Source of the DNA: a virus
Length of the DNA: 64,000 nt
Virus record (IMG/VR): IMGVR_UViG_3300034683_000192
Span: 32,001 to 96,000 of that record
Strand: one strand, 5' to 3'
How positions within the stretch are numbered: position 1 is the stretch's first letter; each line of letters starts with the position of its first letter. A program made the translations under genes and the position numbers. Below the pieces are notes generated by a model. The model was not told the origin of the DNA and made no database searches. It saw nothing but the letters and a program-made list of their open reading frames with translations. Shown in pieces: positions 26,969-36,144 of the stretch.

Positions 26969-27250
26969 TTACCCCCTGAGTTCGATGTTGAATCTCTCCG
27001 AAAGATCATTGCGGTATTTGTCGACGTCGATGACCTTTCCGGTCGGATCTATTAATGCCCATCTACCACCAATCTGAGCCACATTTCGGAGATCCCGATG
27101 TGTCCATAACCGCTGTATTGTGTATCCGTCATCCGTCTTGTAGATGCTATCCTGATCAATCCCATCCGAAGCCTGTTCGAGTGGTTCCTGATATGCAACG
27201 CGTGCATACTTGAATTTGATCTCTTTGAATGCACTGATTGATAAAGACAT
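26969..27250 (-). CDS. hypothetical protein (early island)
   Basis: Track start 27295 lies too close to the promoter at 27300; MSLSIS start preferred. Confidence 0.6.
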   Translation of the reverse strand: MSLSISAFKEIKFKYARVAYQEPLEQASDGIDQDSIYKTDDGYTIQRLWTHRDLRNVAQIGGRWALIDPTGKVIDVDKYRNDLSERFNIELRG

Positions 27251-27299
27251 ATTGCTACTCTTTATTGGGACAATATTTAAATTACTAATCTTCAAAATT

Positions 27300-27307
27300 G
27301 TAATATA
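27300..27307 (-). promoter_or_regulatory. early promoter TATATTAC
   Basis: Exact consensus. Confidence 0.8.
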
Positions 27308-27354
27308 GACTTATAGCACTGATGAATACCATATTTTAAAATCAGGAGCCCGAT

Positions 27355-28119
27355 ATGTCCCAGATGAAGAGTATTTCGGATCTCGACGAAATCGGCGTTG
27401 AAGGCTTTCGCCCATTCGACAGATTCAAGCTTTGGCTCAATGAGTCAGGAAGCATGATTCAGACGATGCAGAACTCTCTGAAGTTCTTTACTGACCACTA
27501 CACCGAAGCAGAAATATCTAATGCTCTTCGTCCAATAAGATCTCCCAACGTACGCAAGAGTGAAATCATTCGGTACATGGAAAAAATTTCGAACATCATT
27601 TTGATGTACGATAAGATACAGCAGCAGTTGGTCAACGCCAAATGCTATCTCGAAGTATTCAAACACCCAGTATCGAAGGGTATGGATATTCCTGAAATTA
27701 AGGAAACTCAGAAACTGTTCAAGGAAGTCGATTGTTCCGTCTGGATCGACCTTGACAAGAGATTCTATATCGATTGGGACTATTCCAAATTCGAAGATCG
27801 CATCTTTGCAGAAGATGCTTCGCTTTGGATTTCTCAGGACGTCAAAGGTATTCGAGATGTCGAAATACTCATCAATGCATGTCTTAAGGCCAGAGATATT
27901 TCCAATCGAACGAATAAGTCGATTTATTACGGACTGATTGACCGCACCCCGCTCTTCCCCAAAGGAATGACTCCTACCGAACAGCAGATTCTTCTGGCGA
28001 AATCAAATCGTCTGAGATATCTTGCCGTCACCAACATGTTGTACGACGGTGGAACACTTATGATGAAAATGTGGTACATCATTTCTACCTTGTGCATCAG
28101 ACTGAGAAAGAATCTGTAG
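27355..28119 (+). CDS. probable head protein with short propeptide
   Basis: 254 aa; EIGVE|GFRPFDRFKLWL resembles the family cleavage site plus helix; AGGAG SD. Confidence 0.6.
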   Translation: MSQMKSISDLDEIGVEGFRPFDRFKLWLNESGSMIQTMQNSLKFFTDHYTEAEISNALRPIRSPNVRKSEIIRYMEKISNIILMYDKIQQQLVNAKCYLEVFKHPVSKGMDIPEIKETQKLFKEVDCSVWIDLDKRFYIDWDYSKFEDRIFAEDASLWISQDVKGIRDVEILINACLKARDISNRTNKSIYYGLIDRTPLFPKGMTPTEQQILLAKSNRLRYLAVTNMLYDGGTLMMKMWYIISTLCIRLRKNL

Positions 28120-28130
28120 AATATCGATCA

Positions 28131-28164
28131 ATGAGGACTCTCCCTTTTACAGGAGAGTCCTCAT
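28131..28164. terminator. bidirectional hairpin
   Basis: ATGAGGACTCTCC/GGAGAGTCCTCAT. Confidence 0.78.
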
Positions 28165-28168
28165 AGTT

Positions 28169-28594
28169 CTACACGAGTTTGATCGGTACATTCAAGAATC
28201 TTGCGAGAAGACCAGCCATGGGCATGACTTGGTATGTCCAGAATGCAAGATCTTCATCCGCATCTTCCTTTTTCTGGTAATCGAGAATTCGAGTAATCGC
28301 ATTTTTGTTTCCGGCCATGCGAATGTAAACAGAATGATGTGTCGCGTTTTCTGCTACACTCACTGGACGAACGAGAGGTCCAGCAATCTTAGTGTAGCCA
28401 ATTTCGATGCACGATGGATAAAGAGCACCTTCAGCTGTCGTGGTCATGAAATTGTTTTGATCTCGAATGTGTTCGAGCACCCCCGAAATAACGACAGCGG
28501 AATCTTTTGCATCAATTTCCGACAGTTCGTTGATTTTCTGAAAGTGATGCATGACCATACTCGAGAACTCTTCGATAGAAAGTTGTGGATACAT
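28169..28594 (-). CDS. hypothetical protein (early island)
   Basis: 141 aa, between an early promoter and a hairpin. Confidence 0.7.
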   Translation of the reverse strand: MYPQLSIEEFSSMVMHHFQKINELSEIDAKDSAVVISGVLEHIRDQNNFMTTTAEGALYPSCIEIGYTKIAGPLVRPVSVAENATHHSVYIRMAGNKNAITRILDYQKKEDADEDLAFWTYQVMPMAGLLARFLNVPIKLV

Positions 28595-28643
28595 TTTTCC
28601 CTCGCAGATAGTGAATATTGGTTTAACTAGACGTATCTGATGA

Positions 28644-28651
28644 GTAATATA
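28644..28651 (-). promoter_or_regulatory. early promoter TATATTAC
   Basis: Exact consensus. Confidence 0.8.
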
Positions 28652-28669
28652 TGTTTCAATTATCGATCA

Positions 28670-28697
28670 CGAGTAGGACCCAAATGGGTCCTACTCG
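28670..28697. terminator. hairpin after RNAP beta
   Basis: CGAGTAGGACCCA AA TGGGTCCTACTCG. Confidence 0.75.
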
Positions 28698-28706
28698 GAT
28701 ATTAGT

Positions 28707-31700
28707 CTATTTGTTCTTTTCGTAGATGTCGACTGCTTGCAGTTCGAGCTCTTCGAGTACTCGTTCACTTATCCCAGTGACAATGGGAGAGTTCACGATA
28801 CGGTTGGATATCGATGATCCACTGAACAAAATATCGACAGGGATATTCGATTCAGTAGAGATCTCACCATCTTCAAATACTCGACCTGTAACAGACTTCA
28901 GTGATGAGTCGAGAACGATCTTATCCCCGATTCCACTTGTGAGTCTTTCCTGGATGTAGAATCTGAAAAGAACGGTGTCCTTCTCAAATGTTACACCCTT
29001 AAACTTTGTTCCGACAGGTACAGGTTTCGCTTCAGGATATTCCATATGGTTGGACGTACCCTGAGAAAACTTATACTTCTGCGCGTTTTCTTTCGCAACT
29101 TCCTTTACGAATTTTGCGACTGTGGGGTGTTGTTCTGTGATGTCGATCGAATAGAATGTCTCGATCTTTACAATCGTTCCTGCGTGCTGAGCTTTCGGAG
29201 TTTTCCGGTTAAGCTTTGCGAGATAGTCGAGCGCAGTAGGATCTTCAGAGATCGTGGACATGTCCTGCATTTGTGCATCTTCAAATACCATGAGGTAATC
29301 GTTGACGTCTACTTCATCACCGACACGTTTGTGGTCGTGAATGAATGTAGATGCAGGAATGGATATTTGGCGAATTTCGATTGGTTGGATTTCGAGTTTT
29401 TCTCCGAAGGTACGCGATATTGCGTTACTATCTTCGAATGTTGTACTGCAGTCGATAAGAGCTACAGTAGCGACGAGTCCGTGTTTCCAATCCGCTTGTT
29501 TGGTAATTGGATCAAATTCAAAGTATTCTGGATTGTAGCTCAAAATCTCCCCACGCTTAAAGCTATCCCCCTTCTTGACTGAGAGATTAAGCTTAAGTGT
29601 GGTGACCATATCAGCACACTCTCCATATGTCTCACCGAATTTGATCACATGAACTGTACCATCTTTGTACTGGATCTTACAAAGTCCGAGTGCATCATCG
29701 ACTTCAAGGACTTTGCCATCTTGTTTTGCGGAATACGCGTACTGTGATGACGCTTTATGCGCGATAACTCTCTCGTAACCAGTACGAGTACGCATGCACT
29801 CTGCGTCTTTCGTAGGCAGTTGGTGAGCAAGCTGAATAGAGATAAAGTTTGCACGCTTGGGGTCATCTTGAGTCGCTCCAGGAAGGAGAAGAGCAGGTGT
29901 ACTCAAGATCTGTGCAGGTTGCAATTCATCAATCGGTTTCGGTTGAATGATACCGAAGACGTTTGCTATCGTAGGATCAGGAGGAGCAATCGCAGTGATT
30001 GCCACGCTACCTGAGTCGGGAGTAGCTTCAGATACCGTTCCGACACCATCTTCAGGATACCGCCGATCGTTGACAACGAATGCTTGTGCTGTACGACCAC
30101 CTGCACCAGTATAAGTAAAACTGGATGCAATTTTCATTTCCTGAATAGGATTGATATCCTCAATTCCAATCATCGATTGGTCTTGCAGGATTCGCTGAAG
30201 AACTGCATTAGGATTGATGCTGAACATCGCACCTGAACCTGGACGACGTTTGAAGCTCGCATGTTCTCGCATGATCTCGTTGTAGACGATCATGTTGAAC
30301 CGTTCGTATGACCGAAGTCTATGATTACCCATCGCGGATGCTTCGAGATGCTGCGGTGTCACGAGCATATCTGTTGCACGAATGAGTAGATCTTTGAACG
30401 TCGTAGGTTCTCCCATTTGGATGAGAGTTCCTCTGGTTTTTGCATCGACAAAATACGTGAAGGTATCTTCAATACCCTTCAAATAGTTTGTCTTAAATCC
30501 CTTTGAAGTGAGCAACTCGTAATACACGTTTTTGGTATCGAGATCCTCAAAGAGGTAGTTCTTCGTATCGAACATCGACAGACCGGCAAGGATCAAAGAA
30601 TTTCGCATCGGGTATCTTGGGATAACCAGTGCATAATCTTTGAACCTGATGATGATGTCTGATGGTTTGATATTTTGTCTCTGACGGTAGTTGATGAGTT
30701 GGTAGTTTATCCCGAGATATTCGAGTACATGTCTCAAACCAAACTGGAAGCACAGCAAAAATCCGACAGGGAATTTCTTGTCAAGAATTTTGATGTCAGT
30801 CCATTCGGTCAACCGAGTACTTGGCATACCAAATATCGTCGAGAACATGTCAATGAATGTCGTACGGAAAAGAATCTTCTTGGTAGTTGGGTTCACCAGT
30901 GTGATGAGGTTGTTCGCACTGATAAACATTTTGTACAGTACATTCTCTCTGGTCGTTTCACCAAAAAGAATACCGTGTGATTTTTCCAATTGATTGAGTG
31001 TCTTCTCGTCGAGAGCATTTCCGAGTTGTGCGAAACGATCATTCAGATTGAAGTACATGTGCACAGGACAACTGCGATGATCCTTGAACTTCAACCTGCG
31101 ATAGATCGATGCAATATCTGCATATTCCGAGGAGATTCGATCATTGATCGATATCCCACCAAATTCAATAACGATGCGATCATTTTCTTTGTTCGCATTG
31201 TTGATGAGCTTTTGGAAATATGGAAGAAAGCTATGAGCTTTTGCTTCGTTTTTCTCTACGACAGTTTTGTTGTAGTACGACGCAAGTGAAACTCGTGTCG
31301 GAGAAACTTTACAGATGGGAAGGTTTGTCATCTGCTTTCGCAGTGCACACTTTACGCCATTGACGAGACAGTTGCCATTTTCGTCGACGTGCGGAAGAGT
31401 AAAGTTGATCGTGTGTTTCTTTCCATTGATGTCTTCAAACTTCATCTTGTATTTAACAAGACGATTAAGTGCATCAGACTGCATCGTCTCTTCGATACCA
31501 GTCAGATACATCCCGTGTTTGTTGAGACTGAGTGCAACTGCAGCGAGATCTTTGTGGAAGAATTTCTCCATGTAGATCTTGTCAAAACTTTGGATACTCG
31601 ATGATGCTTGTGAAGGATCAGGAAGTTGATCTTCAAGGAACTCGAGTTTATCCGATGTCAACTTTGGATCGACTGCTTGAGTGATGTGTTCCTCAATGGT

Positions 31701-33230
31701 CTTTCCGTTGAGTACAACTTTCTTCGATGCACTTGCGATATTCTTGAATCTTTCCTTTTGTTTGATGGTGAGTGAACTTTCTCGAAGAGTTTTCTCGATC
31801 TGTTCATCCACTTCGTCGAGGAAAGTTTGACCTTCTTTCGCAACTTCCTCAGGAGTCTCAAATGGTTTCATTTGAGACAATAGTCCTTCAAGCTCACGAA
31901 TCTCTTCATCGAGAGAATCGGTAGAAATATCCTCTCCCTGTGGAGGAATATCGAGTTGAATATCTTGAGTTTTCTGTGACTGTGAAGCAGTCCCCTCGAC
32001 GTCGGATTTCTCGTCGATTGGCGTACGAGTTACTACGTCTGAAGACTGATCAAATCCAGAGTAATCGAGAATCCTGAGCTTTCCTGCAGTGAGTTCAGGT
32101 TCGACTTTACCGATACCAGTGAGTGTCCCATACAGACTCTTTATTCTGTTGGACAGATCGATATCTTTTTCTGTATTCTGAATATCCGCAGACAGTTCGA
32201 GTTCTGCTTCTTCTTTAGGTCCAGATGCAACAACTTCCTGATCTTCAGTAGTTGTGACTACCTTTTCAGTCTTTGTTGCATTAAGGATATCGAGTTCTGC
32301 CTGATTTTCATCTTCGTTGACAGTTACGCCCATGTTAGCAAGGACGAATGCATTGAGCTGGTTCACGTACTTGTTGTACATCCGGTTTTCCGGATTAAGC
32401 TCTTTGGCATCGTGCAATGTCCAGAACATTGCGTAATTTATGTTTTCTACTCCAACAGTGAAAACGATGACTGTATTTGCCCATCTCTCTTTCGGATATT
32501 GATTGAACAGAGAAATGGTATCTTTTCCATTATTGGTAATGAAATTGAGCCAATGCATCATGAAGAAGTAGTGGAAGCTATTCTGCGATCTGATTGCAGA
32601 AGGAGCTTCACTCGTCTGCGCCATCATGAACTTCGATCGATCGTAGATATGATTGGACAAAGGAACAATGATGTATTGTACCTTTTCCATCGGCATTTTA
32701 CATGCAGTGTTGAGAATCGATCCGAGAATGACTTTGAATTGTCTATAGTTCGGAAGAGTATCTCTTACGATAGTGTGAAAGAGAGGATTGTGGTTGATTA
32801 ACGTCAAGGTATTCTGAGTACTTGGAATATCCTTGGGACTTGTGATTACACGAACCATGCGATCTTTCACTACACTCTTTCTGAATGTAAGAAGTTCTCG
32901 CATGAGGTTTTGACTACGGAAAAAGAATTTTTCCGTGATAGGAATTGGTCCGTCTTTATCCACGTGATCCATGGACAAGATAAATTTTCGATATGTCTCA
33001 TTTGCGTAAAATGGCGTTTTCAGATTCGGGATATCTGCCATCGGAAGATGGTTATCCCGCTGGTACATGTTGTCAAATGTGTGTATGATACTTCCGATAG
33101 GAAGTTGAATGTCTTTGGGAATAGGAGAGAATTTCGGTGCAAGATTCGACTGGCGAAAATTGAACATCTTTCTGAAGAACGCGCTGAAAATGAGTCGTTC
33201 TTCGCCAGGAAGAATAGGATCATCGAACAT
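28707..33230 (-). CDS. virion RNA polymerase beta subunit (phiKZ gp178-like)
   Basis: 1507 aa; RpoB motifs YTGAGGR, SEATPDSGSVA, QDDPKRANFISIQLAHQ and GDKIVLDSSLKSV; long phage-specific N-terminal extension. Confidence 0.93.
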   Translation of the reverse strand: MFDDPILPGEERLIFSAFFRKMFNFRQSNLAPKFSPIPKDIQLPIGSIIHTFDNMYQRDNHLPMADIPNLKTPFYANETYRKFILSMDHVDKDGPIPITEKFFFRSQNLMRELLTFRKSVVKDRMVRVITSPKDIPSTQNTLTLINHNPLFHTIVRDTLPNYRQFKVILGSILNTACKMPMEKVQYIIVPLSNHIYDRSKFMMAQTSEAPSAIRSQNSFHYFFMMHWLNFITNNGKDTISLFNQYPKERWANTVIVFTVGVENINYAMFWTLHDAKELNPENRMYNKYVNQLNAFVLANMGVTVNEDENQAELDILNATKTEKVVTTTEDQEVVASGPKEEAELELSADIQNTEKDIDLSNRIKSLYGTLTGIGKVEPELTAGKLRILDYSGFDQSSDVVTRTPIDEKSDVEGTASQSQKTQDIQLDIPPQGEDISTDSLDEEIRELEGLLSQMKPFETPEEVAKEGQTFLDEVDEQIEKTLRESSLTIKQKERFKNIASASKKVVLNGKTIEEHITQAVDPKLTSDKLEFLEDQLPDPSQASSSIQSFDKIYMEKFFHKDLAAVALSLNKHGMYLTGIEETMQSDALNRLVKYKMKFEDINGKKHTINFTLPHVDENGNCLVNGVKCALRKQMTNLPICKVSPTRVSLASYYNKTVVEKNEAKAHSFLPYFQKLINNANKENDRIVIEFGGISINDRISSEYADIASIYRRLKFKDHRSCPVHMYFNLNDRFAQLGNALDEKTLNQLEKSHGILFGETTRENVLYKMFISANNLITLVNPTTKKILFRTTFIDMFSTIFGMPSTRLTEWTDIKILDKKFPVGFLLCFQFGLRHVLEYLGINYQLINYRQRQNIKPSDIIIRFKDYALVIPRYPMRNSLILAGLSMFDTKNYLFEDLDTKNVYYELLTSKGFKTNYLKGIEDTFTYFVDAKTRGTLIQMGEPTTFKDLLIRATDMLVTPQHLEASAMGNHRLRSYERFNMIVYNEIMREHASFKRRPGSGAMFSINPNAVLQRILQDQSMIGIEDINPIQEMKIASSFTYTGAGGRTAQAFVVNDRRYPEDGVGTVSEATPDSGSVAITAIAPPDPTIANVFGIIQPKPIDELQPAQILSTPALLLPGATQDDPKRANFISIQLAHQLPTKDAECMRTRTGYERVIAHKASSQYAYSAKQDGKVLEVDDALGLCKIQYKDGTVHVIKFGETYGECADMVTTLKLNLSVKKGDSFKRGEILSYNPEYFEFDPITKQADWKHGLVATVALIDCSTTFEDSNAISRTFGEKLEIQPIEIRQISIPASTFIHDHKRVGDEVDVNDYLMVFEDAQMQDMSTISEDPTALDYLAKLNRKTPKAQHAGTIVKIETFYSIDITEQHPTVAKFVKEVAKENAQKYKFSQGTSNHMEYPEAKPVPVGTKFKGVTFEKDTVLFRFYIQERLTSGIGDKIVLDSSLKSVTGRVFEDGEISTESNIPVDILFSGSSISNRIVNSPIVTGISERVLEELELQAVDIYEKNK

Positions 33231-33299
33231 GGAAGTAGCCTCCTTGAATGTCTATACGATAAGTGATTGTACAAAAAATAACTTAGTATGGTCATTTTG

Positions 33300-33335
33300 A
33301 GAGTAGGACTCGTGGAATTCCACGAGTCCTACTCT
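33300..33335. terminator. perfect 36-bp palindrome
   Basis: AGAGTAGGACTCGTGGAA|TTCCACGAGTCCTACTCT. Confidence 0.78.
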
Positions 33336-33337
33336 AG

Positions 33338-34174
33338 TCAGCAAAACTCTTCAGGTATGATGCCTACATACTGATAGTCACCATACATGAGCCACGACAT
33401 CGCTTTGGTCTCATTCAATGTCTTTCGTAACTTTCTAGCAAGTACAGCTTTTTCTTCTTTGGTAAAGCGCTGCATAGGGACGTATCCCGCTAGCATGCTT
33501 CGACTGTATACCTCTTTCTGCTTTTTCAGAATGTAGTCCCGAGTAATTTCAGTACGAGACTTGAGATTGCAGAAGCTTCGGAAATGATCGACGATTCTTC
33601 TTTCGAGTTTTTCTTTATCTCCTTTCAGTACGATTTTCGTTATATTTGTTTTGAGTAGCGTCATCTGCGCTGTGGAATTGTCTGCAACGAATACTACGCG
33701 ATGGTACCACTTGAATGGTGGAAATTTGTCCATAGTCTGTTCAACATTATCATGAAATCGATCTATGCCATCTATGGTGATGACATATTCCGATCTCACA
33801 ATTCCTCGGACTACCCTACCATCCTCGATGAATTGCATGCCGCAGTACGTTCCATCGAGTATTGGTATCGATGCTTTTTTCACCGGCTGATTGTCCGATA
33901 TGTATTTCATGAAAAATCGAATCTTACCTCCACCAGATACCGTAGTATCGAATGCGTGCTCGACGATACCTTCATATACGTCGAGTGCGTTCTGTAGCGT
34001 TGAGGAAAGATGGTCATCTCTGAGTTCTCGAATTGTTTTTGACTCAGAAACGACTTCTATAATTCGTCTGTATTGTGCAAATGTGAGAGGAATGCCATCG
34101 AGATCTTCCCACGAATGCGCGTACTTCTTTTCGGGTACAGGAAACTTGACATTAAAATTGCGTAATTTGAACAT
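33338..34174 (-). CDS. hypothetical protein (early island inside the core cluster)
   Basis: Start reassigned to MFKLRN (AGGAG SD); TATATTAC upstream; flanked by palindromes. Confidence 0.7.
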   Translation of the reverse strand: MFKLRNFNVKFPVPEKKYAHSWEDLDGIPLTFAQYRRIIEVVSESKTIRELRDDHLSSTLQNALDVYEGIVEHAFDTTVSGGGKIRFFMKYISDNQPVKKASIPILDGTYCGMQFIEDGRVVRGIVRSEYVITIDGIDRFHDNVEQTMDKFPPFKWYHRVVFVADNSTAQMTLLKTNITKIVLKGDKEKLERRIVDHFRSFCNLKSRTEITRDYILKKQKEVYSRSMLAGYVPMQRFTKEEKAVLARKLRKTLNETKAMSWLMYGDYQYVGIIPEEFC

Positions 34175-34222
34175 GGGTAGGCTCCTATGTAAATTCATTG
34201 GATTTAGGATTGGTTCAAATTT

Positions 34223-34230
34223 GTAATATA
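34223..34230 (-). promoter_or_regulatory. early promoter TATATTAC
   Basis: Exact consensus. Confidence 0.8.
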
Positions 34231-34242
34231 CTTACAAAAAGT

Positions 34243-34277
34243 AGATGAGAGACAGCCCACAGGGCTGTCTCTCATCT
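34243..34277. terminator. hairpin, 16-bp stem
   Basis: AGATGAGAGACAGCCC ACA GGGCTGTCTCTCATCT. Confidence 0.8.
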
Positions 34278-36131
34278 TTAGTTGTTTCCGTATCTTGTCC
34301 ACGGAGTAAAGGCTGCAATGAGTCGTGGGACTGTAGACTGCCCGATATTGGTTGCCCAATAGAGCGGGTTTGCGTATGTCGATCTGAGAATTCTTAAGGA
34401 CGTGTTAAGTTTTCGGAAAAACTTCTCAGTCCATACAAGTCGCTCATTGAGACCAAGACCAGACAAAGTCAGGAGGTATTCCTGAAATGCTGAGTTAGAC
34501 CCAAAGATTTTGAATAGTTTAGCTCCTTCATCTGCAAGAGCCATATGCATGACAGGAGCAAGATCCTCGATAGTGAAGGATACTTCCACAGTAGTCGGAA
34601 GCATGCTATTGTTCCACCCAAATTCTTGCGCACCTCGTTTGATGGTCATTGACGTGATCATCCCAAGAGGAACAGAGAAGATACCCTTACTGAACGCACG
34701 AAGAACAAATGGTTGGGTATATCCATTTTCTCCGACAGATCTAGGCATCGTTCCTGCAAGAAGAAGGGATAGTGGTACCATGATATCCTGGAAGAATGAA
34801 CCAGGAGATCCATCCACTGCTTTAAGCGTCATCTGGAAGTTGTAGCTTTTTGAAAAGCTACTTCCTTGCCAAACTTTAGGAATATCGGCAAGACCAGAAC
34901 CAGTCATGATCCCGGCCCCTGTACCAATAATTCCAAGTACGCTTGAAGCTCCTTGGAATAGTCCTTGGACTGCATCACCGATGACGTTAAGTCCAGGGAT
35001 ATCTGCAACCTTACCACCCATCATGGAGAATACTTTATCCTTCATGCTGAGTGACTGTGAGTTAATCATACCTGCTACGGAAGATTCACCCACTTGGTTA
35101 CTGAGAGATTCGCTACTGTCGACGGACTTTTCGATACGGAAAGATACAAACTTATCCGCACCATGCATGGATGAATCAATTCTGGATATAACGTCCGAGA
35201 ACCATCCATCCGACTTTCCGTTTTTATCTCCAAGGAGATAATCTTCAGATGAGACATCCCCTCGATCAGTCCCAAGATATCGATCTCGAGTAGCGAGGAT
35301 TTTGTAGATGTCTACACCATTCCGAAGTATTTCTGGTACGGCATCAGGATCTGCACCATTGTTCGAATACAGATTCTTGTACGTCTCGTTCATTTGTCCG
35401 TCAGTCTGGCCACCAGGACCATTTGGAACAAGTCCCAAGTTTACCGCGACGTGAGCAAGAATACCGTTAACATACCGATAGTAAAGAGGCATCGCTGATC
35501 TGAAATCGTAATACCTCGTTACTCTATCAGTATCGATAACTTCTGCTGTCTTTTTCGCTAAGTAAATAATCGGAATTGTTGGAATGTTTATCGCAAGCCC
35601 GATCAGTGCTGTACCAGCAACTACTTTAGCGATAAGAGAACTTAAGATCTTTACTGTCGATTGCTCCCCGTTGTTCACGAGGTCGGCTACATCAGTATTG
35701 ATCAAGTTCTTATAGAAATCCAAAAGATTCCCATGTTGAGGACAGCCGAATGTCATGTGAAGAAGTTGCTGGGTCATGTCGTACGTTTCACTGTAGACAC
35801 GACCCAGACCATCGTAAGTACTTCCATTGATCCCTGTTACAGGATGAATGATGTCATCATTTCTACAGAACTGAGGGTAACAATTGATGGCATCGTTACC
35901 CCCAACTCTCGTAGATCGTACGTTAGCACGAATGTAGATTTCTGGTGTTATCGATGTGAGTTTTGTCGAGAAGTCCGACATACTCGTTTTGATAATTCCA
36001 TCCCCTGTACCTGCACTTGTGATGTAGTTCAGGGTCTCCTGAAATGTAGCGAAATCCTTCCCGATACGAAAGACATACGGCGATCGTGATGTCAATACGT
36101 TATCGTTGAATTCTGTTTGCGTTTTAAGCAT
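34278..36131 (-). CDS. tail/baseplate hub virion protein (phiKZ gp182-like)
   Basis: TRVGGNDAINCYPQF, GLGRVYSETYD, HMTFGCP and SVPLGMITSMTIKRG are conserved jumbo-phage motifs; directly follows the tape measure gene. Confidence 0.82.
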   Translation of the reverse strand: MLKTQTEFNDNVLTSRSPYVFRIGKDFATFQETLNYITSAGTGDGIIKTSMSDFSTKLTSITPEIYIRANVRSTRVGGNDAINCYPQFCRNDDIIHPVTGINGSTYDGLGRVYSETYDMTQQLLHMTFGCPQHGNLLDFYKNLINTDVADLVNNGEQSTVKILSSLIAKVVAGTALIGLAINIPTIPIIYLAKKTAEVIDTDRVTRYYDFRSAMPLYYRYVNGILAHVAVNLGLVPNGPGGQTDGQMNETYKNLYSNNGADPDAVPEILRNGVDIYKILATRDRYLGTDRGDVSSEDYLLGDKNGKSDGWFSDVISRIDSSMHGADKFVSFRIEKSVDSSESLSNQVGESSVAGMINSQSLSMKDKVFSMMGGKVADIPGLNVIGDAVQGLFQGASSVLGIIGTGAGIMTGSGLADIPKVWQGSSFSKSYNFQMTLKAVDGSPGSFFQDIMVPLSLLLAGTMPRSVGENGYTQPFVLRAFSKGIFSVPLGMITSMTIKRGAQEFGWNNSMLPTTVEVSFTIEDLAPVMHMALADEGAKLFKIFGSNSAFQEYLLTLSGLGLNERLVWTEKFFRKLNTSLRILRSTYANPLYWATNIGQSTVPRLIAAFTPWTRYGNN

Positions 36132-36144
36132 ATCTCATCCATCC

